Under the pieces are notes generated by a model that saw nothing but the letters and a program-made list of their open reading frames with translations, was not told where the DNA came from and searched no databases. Both the position numbers and the translations under genes were made by a program. A stretch of 64,000 nucleotides of DNA from Nitrospirota bacterium (GTDB lineage: Bacteria > Nitrospirota > UBA9217): NCBI GenBank assembly GCA_963754875.1, contig CAVWHO010000007.1, forward strand, positions 140,965 to 204,964, written 5' to 3'. This document shows, piece by piece, positions 42,222 to 51,272 of the stretch. The stretch's first letter is position 1, and every line of letters begins with the position of its first letter.

Positions 42222-43109
42222 CTACTTCCTGTGTCCACCCATGCTCCCCATACCTGGTCCGGAACCCATCCCGCGTCCGCCGCCCATCTCCTGTTGCTCC
42301 ATGCCGCGGCCGCCTTGCATGCCTTCCCGCTCCATCTGTACTCCCGCATCCTCGGCCCTGGTTCCGTGCATCATTTTATCAGCCATCTGTTTCACCATGC
42401 CGTCCAGGTCCCGTTCGGAATAGCCCTGCTCGACTGCATTCTGGACGAGGTGCGATGAAGTCTTAAGGGACATGCCGCTTCCCGCAAAATAGGCAGACGT
42501 ATTTGCCGCGCTGGTAAAGAGTAGCAGCGATCCTTTCCTTTCCCGAACAGCTGCGCCCATCCCTTTGAGGTCCTCTGCGGGAATGGACTTCTCGAGCGCC
42601 CGGGCCGCTGCCTCAATTGCCGCCTCCCGTTCTGCTTTTCCTCGAGGCTTTACCCCGCCTCGGATAAGATTGTCAACGATGGGTTGCGCAACGACAAGCT
42701 TTTCCGCCAGATGCTGGGCTGCAGCGACGATCCGCTCGAGGGGAACGCCTTTAGACAGCCCCTGCTCGATTCTGTCTAAAACCGGGGCAACGGGTACTCC
42801 CTCTTTTTTCGCGGACAGGCCGGCATCGATGAGCCGATTGATGCTCCCTGCGTCTGCGCCGCGTCGAACGGCCCGGGACACGATGATTTCGACGTCCTCT
42901 GCCGGCACCCCATTGTTTATGGCGACAGCCGCCCTTGCATGGACATCAGCCTGCTCCGTTTTGGGGAGCGAGGAAGACTGCAGGATGCCGTTGATCGCGT
43001 CGAGACGCCTTTCCTCTGTTGCAAACGTTCGTAACGGAAGGGCAAGAAGAAGCAGAAACACCATGCCTGCACACGTTCGCATTGCGCCTATCATTATCGA
43101 TCTCTTCAT
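42222..43109 (-). CDS. Secreted helical-repeat hypothetical protein with Gly/Met-rich tail
   Basis: Signal peptide; repeated 'GVP' helical units; tail 'GMGSGPGMGSMGGH'. Confidence 0.7.
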   Translation of the reverse strand: MKRSIMIGAMRTCAGMVFLLLLALPLRTFATEERRLDAINGILQSSSLPKTEQADVHARAAVAINNGVPAEDVEIIVSRAVRRGADAGSINRLIDAGLSAKKEGVPVAPVLDRIEQGLSKGVPLERIVAAAQHLAEKLVVAQPIVDNLIRGGVKPRGKAEREAAIEAAARALEKSIPAEDLKGMGAAVRERKGSLLLFTSAANTSAYFAGSGMSLKTSSHLVQNAVEQGYSERDLDGMVKQMADKMMHGTRAEDAGVQMEREGMQGGRGMEQQEMGGGRGMGSGPGMGSMGGHRK

Positions 43110-43759
43110 ATAGTAGATACCCTCAACACGGCGTTCCGTGAACCGAACCCGTCATCTTCATATGTTTCCGCCCCGGGATCAGCGACCCATGCTTTTCCGT
43201 CCACAACGAAGCTGTAGGAATAAACGCCGGGCGTTAACTTCAGATCAATGCTCCACATGCCGTCGGCCCCTTTCATCTCGTTGGCGTCAGCCTTCCACTT
43301 ATTGAAGTCGCCAGCCACCGAAACGCTGCGGGCCTGGGGCGAGTAAAAGGTCAGGCGCACGGTAACGGCGGACTCGACCAGTCCGGCCCCGTTCATTGCC
43401 GACTCGTGATGAACGCGGCTTATTGTCATGACGGCAACGAGAACGATAACAACCGCGCCGAGCGCAGACGCCATGTTCCAATGCAGCACCCGGCTGCCCA
43501 AGAGAAATTCCCTGAGCCGGGCAAACAGGGACCTCTCTTTCCTCGGCAGTTTCTTCATTACCTCGGCGGTAAAGAACACCGGCGGCTTCCGACGCTCACT
43601 CTGCTCGAGCATGCGGACCGTGCCTGCAAGCCCGGAGAATTCTTCCTTGAGCCTGGGATCGTCCTCAATACTCTTTCCCATGAGCTTTTTCTCGGCATCA
43701 TCGGCTTCCTTGTCGAGAATTTTATGTATTGTATGTATGATGTCCCGTTCTTTATCCAT
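43106..43759 (-). CDS. Anti-sigma factor, single TM, with periplasmic CBM48/AMPK-type glycogen-binding domain
   Basis: Overlaps the sigma gene; 'PP..FTAEVM'; TM; 'VSVAGDFNKW', 'PGVYSYSFVVDG..W..DP', 'DDGFG'. Confidence 0.85.
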   Translation of the reverse strand: MDKERDIIHTIHKILDKEADDAEKKLMGKSIEDDPRLKEEFSGLAGTVRMLEQSERRKPPVFFTAEVMKKLPRKERSLFARLREFLLGSRVLHWNMASALGAVVIVLVAVMTISRVHHESAMNGAGLVESAVTVRLTFYSPQARSVSVAGDFNKWKADANEMKGADGMWSIDLKLTPGVYSYSFVVDGKAWVADPGAETYEDDGFGSRNAVLRVSTI

Positions 43760-44315
43760 GGGTCACCCCTGCTTCGGCGAGAATCTTTCTGAGCATCTCC
43801 CGTCCCCGGTGCGCCCGCACCTTGAGCGCTGTTATGCCTGTTCCCGTGATGGCTGCAATTTCCAGATAATCCAGCTCCTCGATATGCTTCAGAATAAGCA
43901 CCTCGCGATAATCCGCGGGAAGAGCACCCAACGCCTGCTGCAGGATGTCCTTGCTCTGGCCTGCTGCTGCGGTCTGTTCCGGAGAAGTGCCGCTGTCTGG
44001 CATGACCTCGGCAATTTCGTCCGTCGAAACTGTCTGTTTCGTCGAGCGCAAATGGTCCCGGCATTTGTTCAACGCGATGCTGTACAGCCACGAGGAAAAT
44101 TTCGCTCCGAACCGAAACTGCCCGAGCCCGTTGTAAGCGGCGATGAAGCTTTCCTGGGCGAGGTCCTTTGCAATATCTTCGTCCCCGACCATACGGTATG
44201 CCACATTGTAGACCATTGTTTTATAACGGTCCACCAGGAGGGAATAAGAATCGGCATCCCCATCCAGGCATTTCCGAATAATGGTCTCTTCCTCTGACTG
44301 CTCACTGTTCCTCAT
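43752..44315 (-). CDS. ECF sigma factor
   Basis: 'AKDLAQESFI.AY', 'FSSWLYSIALN', 'Y.EIA..TG', 'K.R.HRGR'. Confidence 0.92.
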   Translation of the reverse strand: MRNSEQSEEETIIRKCLDGDADSYSLLVDRYKTMVYNVAYRMVGDEDIAKDLAQESFIAAYNGLGQFRFGAKFSSWLYSIALNKCRDHLRSTKQTVSTDEIAEVMPDSGTSPEQTAAAGQSKDILQQALGALPADYREVLILKHIEELDYLEIAAITGTGITALKVRAHRGREMLRKILAEAGVTHG

Positions 44316-44329
44316 TGTTGTACCTATAA

Positions 44330-44355
44330 GACGAGCCGGCGCAAAAAAGGTTACA
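44330..44355 (-). promoter_or_regulatory. ECF-type autoregulatory promoter
   Basis: Minus strand TGTAAC-N16-CGTC, 15 nt upstream of the sigma ATG. Confidence 0.72.
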
Positions 44356-44369
44356 TGCTTTTCCACGAG

Positions 44370-44735
44370 TTACGGCTCGACAACGAACAGGGAGTTCCGG
44401 TCTCCCAACCCGTCATCAACAAACGGCGCCGAGGGGTCAAGGACCCACCCTGTATTGTTCACGACAAAGCGATACTCATAGTGGCCCGGGGGAAGGGGCA
44501 GTATGATGGACCAGATGCCCCTTTTGTCGGGACCCGTAAGACGGTCATGTCCCGGGCTCCAGCGATTGAAACTGCCCACAATCGAGATATTCGTTGCCGA
44601 GGGAGCGTAATAAGAAAAACGAACGCCCTCGCGCAGTACCACCGGCTCAAGCGATTTCGGCGCGCAGCCGATAACCGGAAAAAAGAGCAGCGTTATAAAA
44701 ATGAAAGTACGGATGGGCATTTCTACTTTTCGCAC
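44370..44735 (-). CDS. CBM48/AMPK-type glycogen-binding lipoprotein
   Basis: Lipobox VIGC; 'ISIVGSFNRW', 'PGHYEYRFVV', 'DP', 'DDGLG'. Confidence 0.82.
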   Translation of the reverse strand: MRKVEMPIRTFIFITLLFFPVIGCAPKSLEPVVLREGVRFSYYAPSATNISIVGSFNRWSPGHDRLTGPDKRGIWSIILPLPPGHYEYRFVVNNTGWVLDPSAPFVDDGLGDRNSLFVVEP

Positions 44736-44956
44736 AATCGTTTTGACGTGATCAGTCGCTGGAGCATCGGTTAATTATAACACCTCCTGATAATGCATTC
44801 CAAAGTATCAGTTCAGGAGGACGTTATTTGCTGCGAAAGACCTATTTTAACGTTTTTTCCACTTTGTTGTAATTTTTTTTGACTTATTCGTCTTATTCGC
44901 AATGTCACATACTGGGATGTATTATGCGATCGTTTTCATTTAAAGAAGGAAGTATT

Positions 44957-45058
44957 ATGATGCAGGAATTCAAAAAAGTATCAGTACTTGCTCTCATACA
45001 GAAGTTGACTTCCTCGAACGGACAAATCCAATTGCTGCGTCTCCGGGCCGGGGGGTGA
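44957..45058 (+). CDS. Candidate 33-aa leader peptide
   Basis: SD AAGGA; MMQEFKKVSVLALIQKLTSSNGQIQLLRLRAGG*; stop is 20 nt before a terminator. Confidence 0.5.
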   Translation: MMQEFKKVSVLALIQKLTSSNGQIQLLRLRAGG

Positions 45059-45078
45059 ATCCCGGACAAGACCAGATG

Positions 45079-45110
45079 GGCAGCCGGTTTTATTATCGGC
45101 TGCCTTTTTT
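45079..45110 (+). terminator. Intrinsic terminator (attenuator) in the P-type ATPase leader
   Basis: GGCAGCCGG-ttttatta-TCGGCTGCC-T6. Confidence 0.8.
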
Positions 45111-45288
45111 GTGCTCGATCCCCGGAGGGTCGTTCTTTGCGTACCTTTACAATGAGGAAAACTCATGCTAACTTAAGGAGGAGAATGGCCCGTTCGTACC
45201 TGTGCAGGGGCCATGTGTCTCGCCGTAGCAGTGGTCTCGGGGACGCTTATTGCATTCATCTCATTCGGACATAAGAACTGAGCAGACC

Positions 45289-47991
45289 ATGGGGACGGTA
45301 TCCTGGCATTGCCTCGCTGCTGAAGAAGCTTTTAAAGAGCTGAACACGTCGGCTGGCGGCCTCTCACACAACGACGCGCGAGTGCGCCTCCGGCAAGACG
45401 GCCCCAACGAGCTCGTCGAGAAAGCCCGCAAAACACCCCTCATGATGTTCCTGGGCCAGTTCAGCGACTTCATGATTTTGGTGCTTATCGCTGCGGCGGT
45501 CGTCTCCGGCATTATCGGCGAACCCTCCGACACCATCGCCATCATCGTCATACTCCTCCTGAACTCCATTCTCGGGTTCACCCAGGAATACCGGGCTGAA
45601 AAGGCCATGATGGCGCTCAAGAAGATGGCCGCAGCAAGCGCGCTTGTCCTCCGCGACGGGAAGCCTGTCGCCATCCCCGCAAGGGGACTCGTACGCGGGG
45701 ACATAGTCCTGGTGGAAGCGGGCAACATCGTCCCCGCAGACCTGCGCATCATCGAGGCGGCGCGACTCAAAGCGGAAGAGGCTGCGCTGACTGGTGAGTC
45801 AGTCCCGGTTGAGAAACACCCGCAAGTCCTGCCAGCCGAGTCGCTCGCCCTGGGCGACAGGAAGAACATGCTCTACAAGGGAACATTCGTCACCTACGGC
45901 CGCGGCACGGGCGTGGTAACGGCGACCGGCATGAGCACGGAACTCGGCAGGATTGCGTCCCTGCTCCAGCAACAGGGCGAGGCAAAGACGCCCCTGCAAA
46001 AGCGGCTCGCCCATTTCGGCAAACGGATCTCCCTGGCAGTCCTCCTCATCTGTGCCATCGTGTTTGCCGGCGGACTGCTGCGTGGTGAGCCGGCGGTGAA
46101 CATCTTTCTCGTTGCCGTGAGTCTCGCCGTTGCTGCCATTCCCGAAGCCCTGCCCGCCGTCGTCACCATCTCTCTCGCCCTGGGCGCCCGCAGGATGGTG
46201 AAACAGAACGCCCTGGTCCGAAAGCTGCCTGCGGTCGAAACACTCGGTTCCGTTACCTATATCTGCTCGGACAAGACGGGGACGCTCACGCTCAACAAGA
46301 TGACGGTGGAGGAGCTATGGGTGAACGGAACGGTCATTACGACGGACGAGGGACGACGGACGAGGGATGAAAAAGGGGATTCGAGTACGATTCCCGATCG
46401 TCTCACTCCCCGTGCAGTCTTCTTTACTTCGCTTGCCCTGTCCAACGACGCGCGGCCTGACCCGTCGGGGAACATCATCGGCGATCCAACGGAAGCAGCG
46501 CTGCTGGTAGTCGCCCGGGACAACGGTTATGAAAAAACCGATATGGAATCTGCCTATCCGCGTGCAGCTGAAATCCCCTTTGACTCGGATAGAAAGTTGA
46601 TGACGACGTTCCACAAAATCCCGTCTGCGTCCATCGTCCCTCGTCCTTCGTTCCTTTCGGGCGGGACGTACGTCTCTTTCACCAAGGGCGCTGTCGAGGT
46701 GCTGCTCGATCGGTCGACCGTTGTTCTGACCACGGACGGCATCCAGCCCTTAGACCGGGACGAGGTAAAAAAAATGAGCGAACGCATCGCCACTGACGGG
46801 CTCCGGGTCATGGCGATCGGCATGCGGACCTGGGACGCCCTTCCCTTGGACCGCTCGACCGGGAACGTCGAGACCGGGCTGGTCCTGCTCGGCCTCATAG
46901 GCATGATGGACCCCCCGCGGGAAGAGGCGAAACAGGCCGTCGCCGAGTGCAGGAGCGCGGGCATCACACCTGTCATGATCACGGGCGATCATCCGCTGAC
47001 CGCCCGGGCGATCGCAAAGCGCGTCGGCATCCTGGACCCGGACGACCCGAAGGCCGTCATCACCGGCGCAGAGCTCGATGCCCTGTCGCTCACAGAGTTC
47101 GAGCAGCGCGTCGAATCCATCCGGGTCTATGCGCGCGTTGCACCCGAGCAGAAGCTTAAAATCGTCCAGGCGCTCCAGGAACGCGGGCACTTCGTGGCCA
47201 TGACCGGCGACGGCGTGAACGACGCGCCGGCGCTGAAGCGCGCGGACATCGGCATTGCCATGGGCGAGACGGGAACCGACGTTGCCAAAGAGGCATCGTC
47301 CATGATCCTGCTCGACGACAACTTCGCGACGATCGTGAAAGCTGTAAAGGAAGGCCGGACGATCTACGACAATGTCCGGAAATTCATCCGGTACCTGCTT
47401 ACCACCAATTCGGGGGAGATCTGGACCCTCTTTCTCGCGCCGTTCCTGGGCCTGCCGATCCCGCTCCAGCCGATCCATATCCTCTGGATCAACCTCGTGA
47501 CCGATGGTCTGCCGGCATTGGCGCTGTCCCTGGAGCCGGCCGAACATAATGTGATGAGCCGCCCGCCGCGCCATCCCCGGGAAGGCTTGTTCGCGCACGG
47601 TCTGGGCATCCATGCGATCTGGGTGGGTTTGCTCATGGGCGGCGTGGTGCTCGGTCTCCAGGCATGGGCCATCCACATTCGTGACGCTCACTGGCAAACC
47701 ATGGTGTTTACGGTCCTGTGCCTTCTCCAGCTGGGTCATGTAATGGCTATTCGATCAGAGAAGGAGTCCTTGTTTCAGCAGGGGGTTCTCTCGAACAAGG
47801 CCCTGCTGGCGACCGTCGTCGCGACTGTCGTCCTTCAACTAATGACTGTTTACGTCCCTGCGCTCAACCCGGTGTTCAAGACCCAGCCGCTGGCCGCAAA
47901 TGAGCTCATCACCGTGCTGGCTTTGTCGTCGGTCATTTTCCTCGCGGTCGAGTTGGAAAAGCTCATCAAACGCATCCAAAAAACAGCTTGA
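45289..47991 (+). CDS. Cation-transporting P-type ATPase, type IIA (Ca2+/Mn2+-like)
   Basis: TGES, PEALP, DKTGT, KGA, DPPR, TGD, GDGVND, 'NLVTDG.PA'. Confidence 0.95.
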   Translation: MGTVSWHCLAAEEAFKELNTSAGGLSHNDARVRLRQDGPNELVEKARKTPLMMFLGQFSDFMILVLIAAAVVSGIIGEPSDTIAIIVILLLNSILGFTQEYRAEKAMMALKKMAAASALVLRDGKPVAIPARGLVRGDIVLVEAGNIVPADLRIIEAARLKAEEAALTGESVPVEKHPQVLPAESLALGDRKNMLYKGTFVTYGRGTGVVTATGMSTELGRIASLLQQQGEAKTPLQKRLAHFGKRISLAVLLICAIVFAGGLLRGEPAVNIFLVAVSLAVAAIPEALPAVVTISLALGARRMVKQNALVRKLPAVETLGSVTYICSDKTGTLTLNKMTVEELWVNGTVITTDEGRRTRDEKGDSSTIPDRLTPRAVFFTSLALSNDARPDPSGNIIGDPTEAALLVVARDNGYEKTDMESAYPRAAEIPFDSDRKLMTTFHKIPSASIVPRPSFLSGGTYVSFTKGAVEVLLDRSTVVLTTDGIQPLDRDEVKKMSERIATDGLRVMAIGMRTWDALPLDRSTGNVETGLVLLGLIGMMDPPREEAKQAVAECRSAGITPVMITGDHPLTARAIAKRVGILDPDDPKAVITGAELDALSLTEFEQRVESIRVYARVAPEQKLKIVQALQERGHFVAMTGDGVNDAPALKRADIGIAMGETGTDVAKEASSMILLDDNFATIVKAVKEGRTIYDNVRKFIRYLLTTNSGEIWTLFLAPFLGLPIPLQPIHILWINLVTDGLPALALSLEPAEHNVMSRPPRHPREGLFAHGLGIHAIWVGLLMGGVVLGLQAWAIHIRDAHWQTMVFTVLCLLQLGHVMAIRSEKESLFQQGVLSNKALLATVVATVVLQLMTVYVPALNPVFKTQPLAANELITVLALSSVIFLAVELEKLIKRIQKTA

Positions 47992-48016
47992 CAACGACTG
48001 CCGCTGGTATCATAAT
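47988..48016 (+). promoter_or_regulatory. Sigma70-type promoter overlapping the ATPase stop codon
   Basis: TTGACA-N17-CATAAT. Confidence 0.6.
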
Positions 48017-48259
48017 TTAACGAAACTTTATGCAACCGCAATGAGGAGGACATCCACTACTGCTGCCAGCGCCGGGACCCGCATTACCTGATCCGGCGTG
48101 CATTAGCGTAAGAACGGTACGACCATGTTACCATCTCTGTCAGAAGGGGGTGATACAGAGTGGCGGAACCGCCATTTGCCGGAAGTATTTCATAGAGGCA
48201 CCACGAATTGTGCTCTCAAACGGAAATGCTTTTATTGAGGAAGGGGGACCTCGGCAATT

Positions 48260-48571
48260 ATGGAAGAAAAAAAACTAGGCATCAGTAACGACTCGCGGGC
48301 AGTATGGATCGGGCCGTTCATTTTTATTCTCTCGTTGGGCGCCTTCATCGGCGAAGATGTTTTCGATTGGGGAATTACCACCGTCGCATGGAATGATCTT
48401 TCCAAGTCGCTGGAGCCGTTCTCTGCCACAGGCATGGACGGCGCGGCATCGCTCGTCATTACCTACGTTGTTCTCCTCGCCATCACGGGGTCGGCGCCAA
48501 AACAGTCACAGCCGATAACCCAAGTTCATCATCGACTTTCCTGCGGTATAAAATGTGTCGTCAATGTCTGA
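48260..48571 (+). pseudogene. Truncated N-terminal remnant of a YeiH-like (putative sulfate exporter) paralog
   Basis: 'NDSRAVWIG' parallels 'EDWWAIYLG' of the next gene; two TM segments, then the sequence degenerates. Confidence 0.55.
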
Positions 48572-48595
48572 ATTAAAAAGAGAGGGGGAATTATT

Positions 48596-49999
48596 ATGTC
48601 GGCAACGGAAATAAAGTCGCGAACTGAACAGGAACCGGCAGGATCCAAGGCGGCTCCCATGGGCTGGAAGGAACTCTACCTGAAAGAAGACTGGTGGGCG
48701 ATCTATCTCGGAATCGGGATCGTGCTCATCTCGCTCGTCGCTTTTCTGAATGGAAGCGCCCTCGTGAAGTCGCTCTCCATAAATCCCGGAGGATTAAAGT
48801 GGTCGTCCTTCGGCCAGTTGAGGGACCACTTCAGCAGCAACATCCACTTGTACGCCCTCCAGTTGATTTCCTGGCTCATCATTTTCGGCATTTCCACACG
48901 GATCATGGGAATCAAGACGTCGGAGTTTCTTCCTTCCTTCATCGTCCTCTACGTGCTGTCCATCATCATGTTCGCCATCGGAGGGTGGGTTGATGCTCCG
49001 AAGTACAACCTGGAGCCGCCGCTGGTCGCGCTGATCGTCGGGCTCGTGATCGCAAACGTCGTCCCCCTGCCCAAGTGGATGGATGCGGGGTTCCGGGTGG
49101 AGTACTACATTAAAACGGGCATCGTGCTGCTCGGTGCGACGTTCCCCATCGCATTGGTCGCCTCAGCGGGACCGGTCGCCCTGCTCCAGGCCACAATAAT
49201 CTCCCTGACGACCTGTCTCACCATCTATTTTGTCGCCACGAAGGTGTTCGGCCTCGACAAGAGGCTTGCCTCCGTCATCGGCGTGGGAGGAGCGGTCTGC
49301 GGCGTTTCCGCGTCCATGGCCATCGCAAGCTCGGTCAAGGCGAAAAAGGAAGACCTCTATACCTCGGTAACGCTCGTGGTGGTATGGGCTTTGATCATGA
49401 TCTTCTTCATCCCCTTCGTGTCAAAGGCCCTCAATCTGAGCCCGGGAGACGCGGGCGCGTGGGTGGGCACGTCGGAGTTCGCCGACGCGGCGGGCTTCGC
49501 AGCCGCAAGCGCTTATGGCCGCATGGCCGGCAATGAGAACGCCGCCATCCAGGGATTCACCCTCATGAAGGTCATCGGCAGGGACATGTGGATCGGCATC
49601 TGGTCGTTCGTCTTCGCTCTTATCGCCTGCCTGAAGTGGGAAAAGGAGGAATGCGGCGTAAAGCCCAGCCCCATGGAAATCTGGTGGAGGTTCCCGAAAT
49701 TCGTCATTGGGTTCTTCGTTGCCTCATTTTTCATGACCACGATAACCGCCGGCTACTCCGCCGCGGACTTCAATGCGGCGGTAAAACCGGGCCTACTCTT
49801 GCCGATCGTTTCCCTCAGGTCGTGGGCGTTTATTTTCTGCTTCCTCAGCATAGGGCTTACGACCCGGTTTAAGGACCTGAAGGCTGCCGGCTGGAAACCC
49901 TTCGGCGCGTTTACGATCGGGGTGGCAGTCAATGTGGTGCTCGGGTTCGTCCTGTCGGTTTTTGTATTCGGCGGCTACTGGTCGAATCTCGGCAAATAG
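48596..49999 (+). CDS. YeiH family putative sulfate exporter
   Basis: 'IKTGIVLLG', 'VCGVSA', 'GAWVG', 'K..RD.WIG', 'FPKFVIGF'. Confidence 0.9.
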   Translation: MSATEIKSRTEQEPAGSKAAPMGWKELYLKEDWWAIYLGIGIVLISLVAFLNGSALVKSLSINPGGLKWSSFGQLRDHFSSNIHLYALQLISWLIIFGISTRIMGIKTSEFLPSFIVLYVLSIIMFAIGGWVDAPKYNLEPPLVALIVGLVIANVVPLPKWMDAGFRVEYYIKTGIVLLGATFPIALVASAGPVALLQATIISLTTCLTIYFVATKVFGLDKRLASVIGVGGAVCGVSASMAIASSVKAKKEDLYTSVTLVVVWALIMIFFIPFVSKALNLSPGDAGAWVGTSEFADAAGFAAASAYGRMAGNENAAIQGFTLMKVIGRDMWIGIWSFVFALIACLKWEKEECGVKPSPMEIWWRFPKFVIGFFVASFFMTTITAGYSAADFNAAVKPGLLLPIVSLRSWAFIFCFLSIGLTTRFKDLKAAGWKPFGAFTIGVAVNVVLGFVLSVFVFGGYWSNLGK

Positions 50000-50038
50000 C
50001 GTTCACAGCGGAAGTCCGACGTGCGTCAGGAGGCGACC

Positions 50039-50351
50039 ATGCATGGCAGATGTATCAACTGCAGATTCTTCGCAAACGATCCCGCGCTGATCGAGGCGAC
50101 CTTTCCCGGGTTGAATGCACTCAGTTCAGCCTATGCATCCGTACGGTCTGACGCGGGGATATGCAGCCGGCACGATTTTTTTCTTTCTTCCTGGCAACGT
50201 TGCAGGGATTTTGAGACCGGCGATAACGATGGAGGGAGGTCGCTCCTCCCCGTGGAGAAAAAACACCTCGGGTGGAGCATCGGACTTGGCGTTGTCCTGC
50301 TTGGGCATCCTCGTCTGGGTTAGCTACACGTTCTTCCCGACCGGCCACTGA
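50039..50351 (+). CDS. Small Cys/His-rich protein with C-terminal TM anchor; +1 frameshift near 50303
   Basis: SD AGGAGG; CxxC...C..H...C, then 'LLPVEKKHLGWSIGLGVVLLG|ILVWVSYTFFPTGH'. Confidence 0.6.
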
Positions 50352-50481
50352 CCGGAGATATCGCCGGCACGCTGGACGCGGAAAAGAGGCCATTTTTCCC
50401 GTGCACCGGCACACTGATCTATGGTATGGTAAGGACGGCAGGGTTGTTTACCTGCCGTCCTTTTTTGGGGAGAGGTGCTTC

Positions 50482-51183
50482 GTGGATCTGTCTTCGCTGG
50501 GAACCATACACTTGGATGTGGCATTCTTTTCCGGTCTGTTCAGCATCGTCCTCATCGATCTGATCCTCGCCGGCGACAATGCCGTGGTCATCGCCATGGC
50601 AGTGCGCGGGCTCCCGAAAGAACAGCGCCGGAAGGGTATCATCTACGGCTCCGCAGCCGCCGTTCTGCTCCGGGTCGTTCTCACGTTCTTCGTGGCGCAG
50701 ATCCTTTCCCTGAGCTATGTCAAACTTGCCGGCGGCATCATCATCCTCTGGATCGCGGTCAAGCTGTTCGTCGAGGACGAGGAAGCGGTCGAGGCGCACC
50801 GGGAGGCGGAAACGCTCTGGCATGCGGTCCGTCTCATCGTCATCGCCGATATCACCATGGCCCTGGACAACATGCTTGCCGTGGGCGCCGCCTCGCACGG
50901 GAACCTCCCCCTCTTGATTTTCGGTCTAGGCCTCTCCATCCCCTTTATCGTATTCACGAGCAGCCTGCTCTCGATGCTCATGGACAAGTTTCCGGCCATC
51001 ATCTACATCGGCGCTGCGCTCTTGGGTAAGATCGGTGGGGAGATGATCATGACTGATCCCGTGGTAGGACGCTTTTTAGCGCCGACGAAAGTTCTCGTCT
51101 ATTCCGTTGAAATTGCGTTGGCTGCGGGCGTCATCATAATCGGGAAATTCCGGGTCAAGCGTGACCTGGCGAAACAGGGGTAG
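50482..51183 (+). CDS. TerC family (YjbE-like) membrane protein
   Basis: 'IDLILAGDNAVVIAMA', 'AD..M.LDN'. Confidence 0.9.
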   Translation: MDLSSLGTIHLDVAFFSGLFSIVLIDLILAGDNAVVIAMAVRGLPKEQRRKGIIYGSAAAVLLRVVLTFFVAQILSLSYVKLAGGIIILWIAVKLFVEDEEAVEAHREAETLWHAVRLIVIADITMALDNMLAVGAASHGNLPLLIFGLGLSIPFIVFTSSLLSMLMDKFPAIIYIGAALLGKIGGEMIMTDPVVGRFLAPTKVLVYSVEIALAAGVIIIGKFRVKRDLAKQG

Positions 51184-51272
51184 GTCATTCATCAGACCGC
51201 GGGCGCCACAACTTCACCCAGCCTTGCCACGATTCGTTGCTTCGGCCGACCACATCCTTTTCGGAGGGCGTT

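Noticed and set aside
45030..45058. Leader peptide C-terminus LRLRAGG resembles ubiquitin LRLRGG, and a ThiF/E1-like gene is present in the window
   Set aside because: 33 aa is too short for a beta-grasp fold, ThiF is ~18 kb away, and no E2 or JAB genes are present. The attenuator context explains it better
45048..45065. GGGGTGAATCC motif reminiscent of the c-di-AMP (ydaO) riboswitch
   Set aside because: The other conserved blocks (e.g. CCGUCAGCUAACC) are absent
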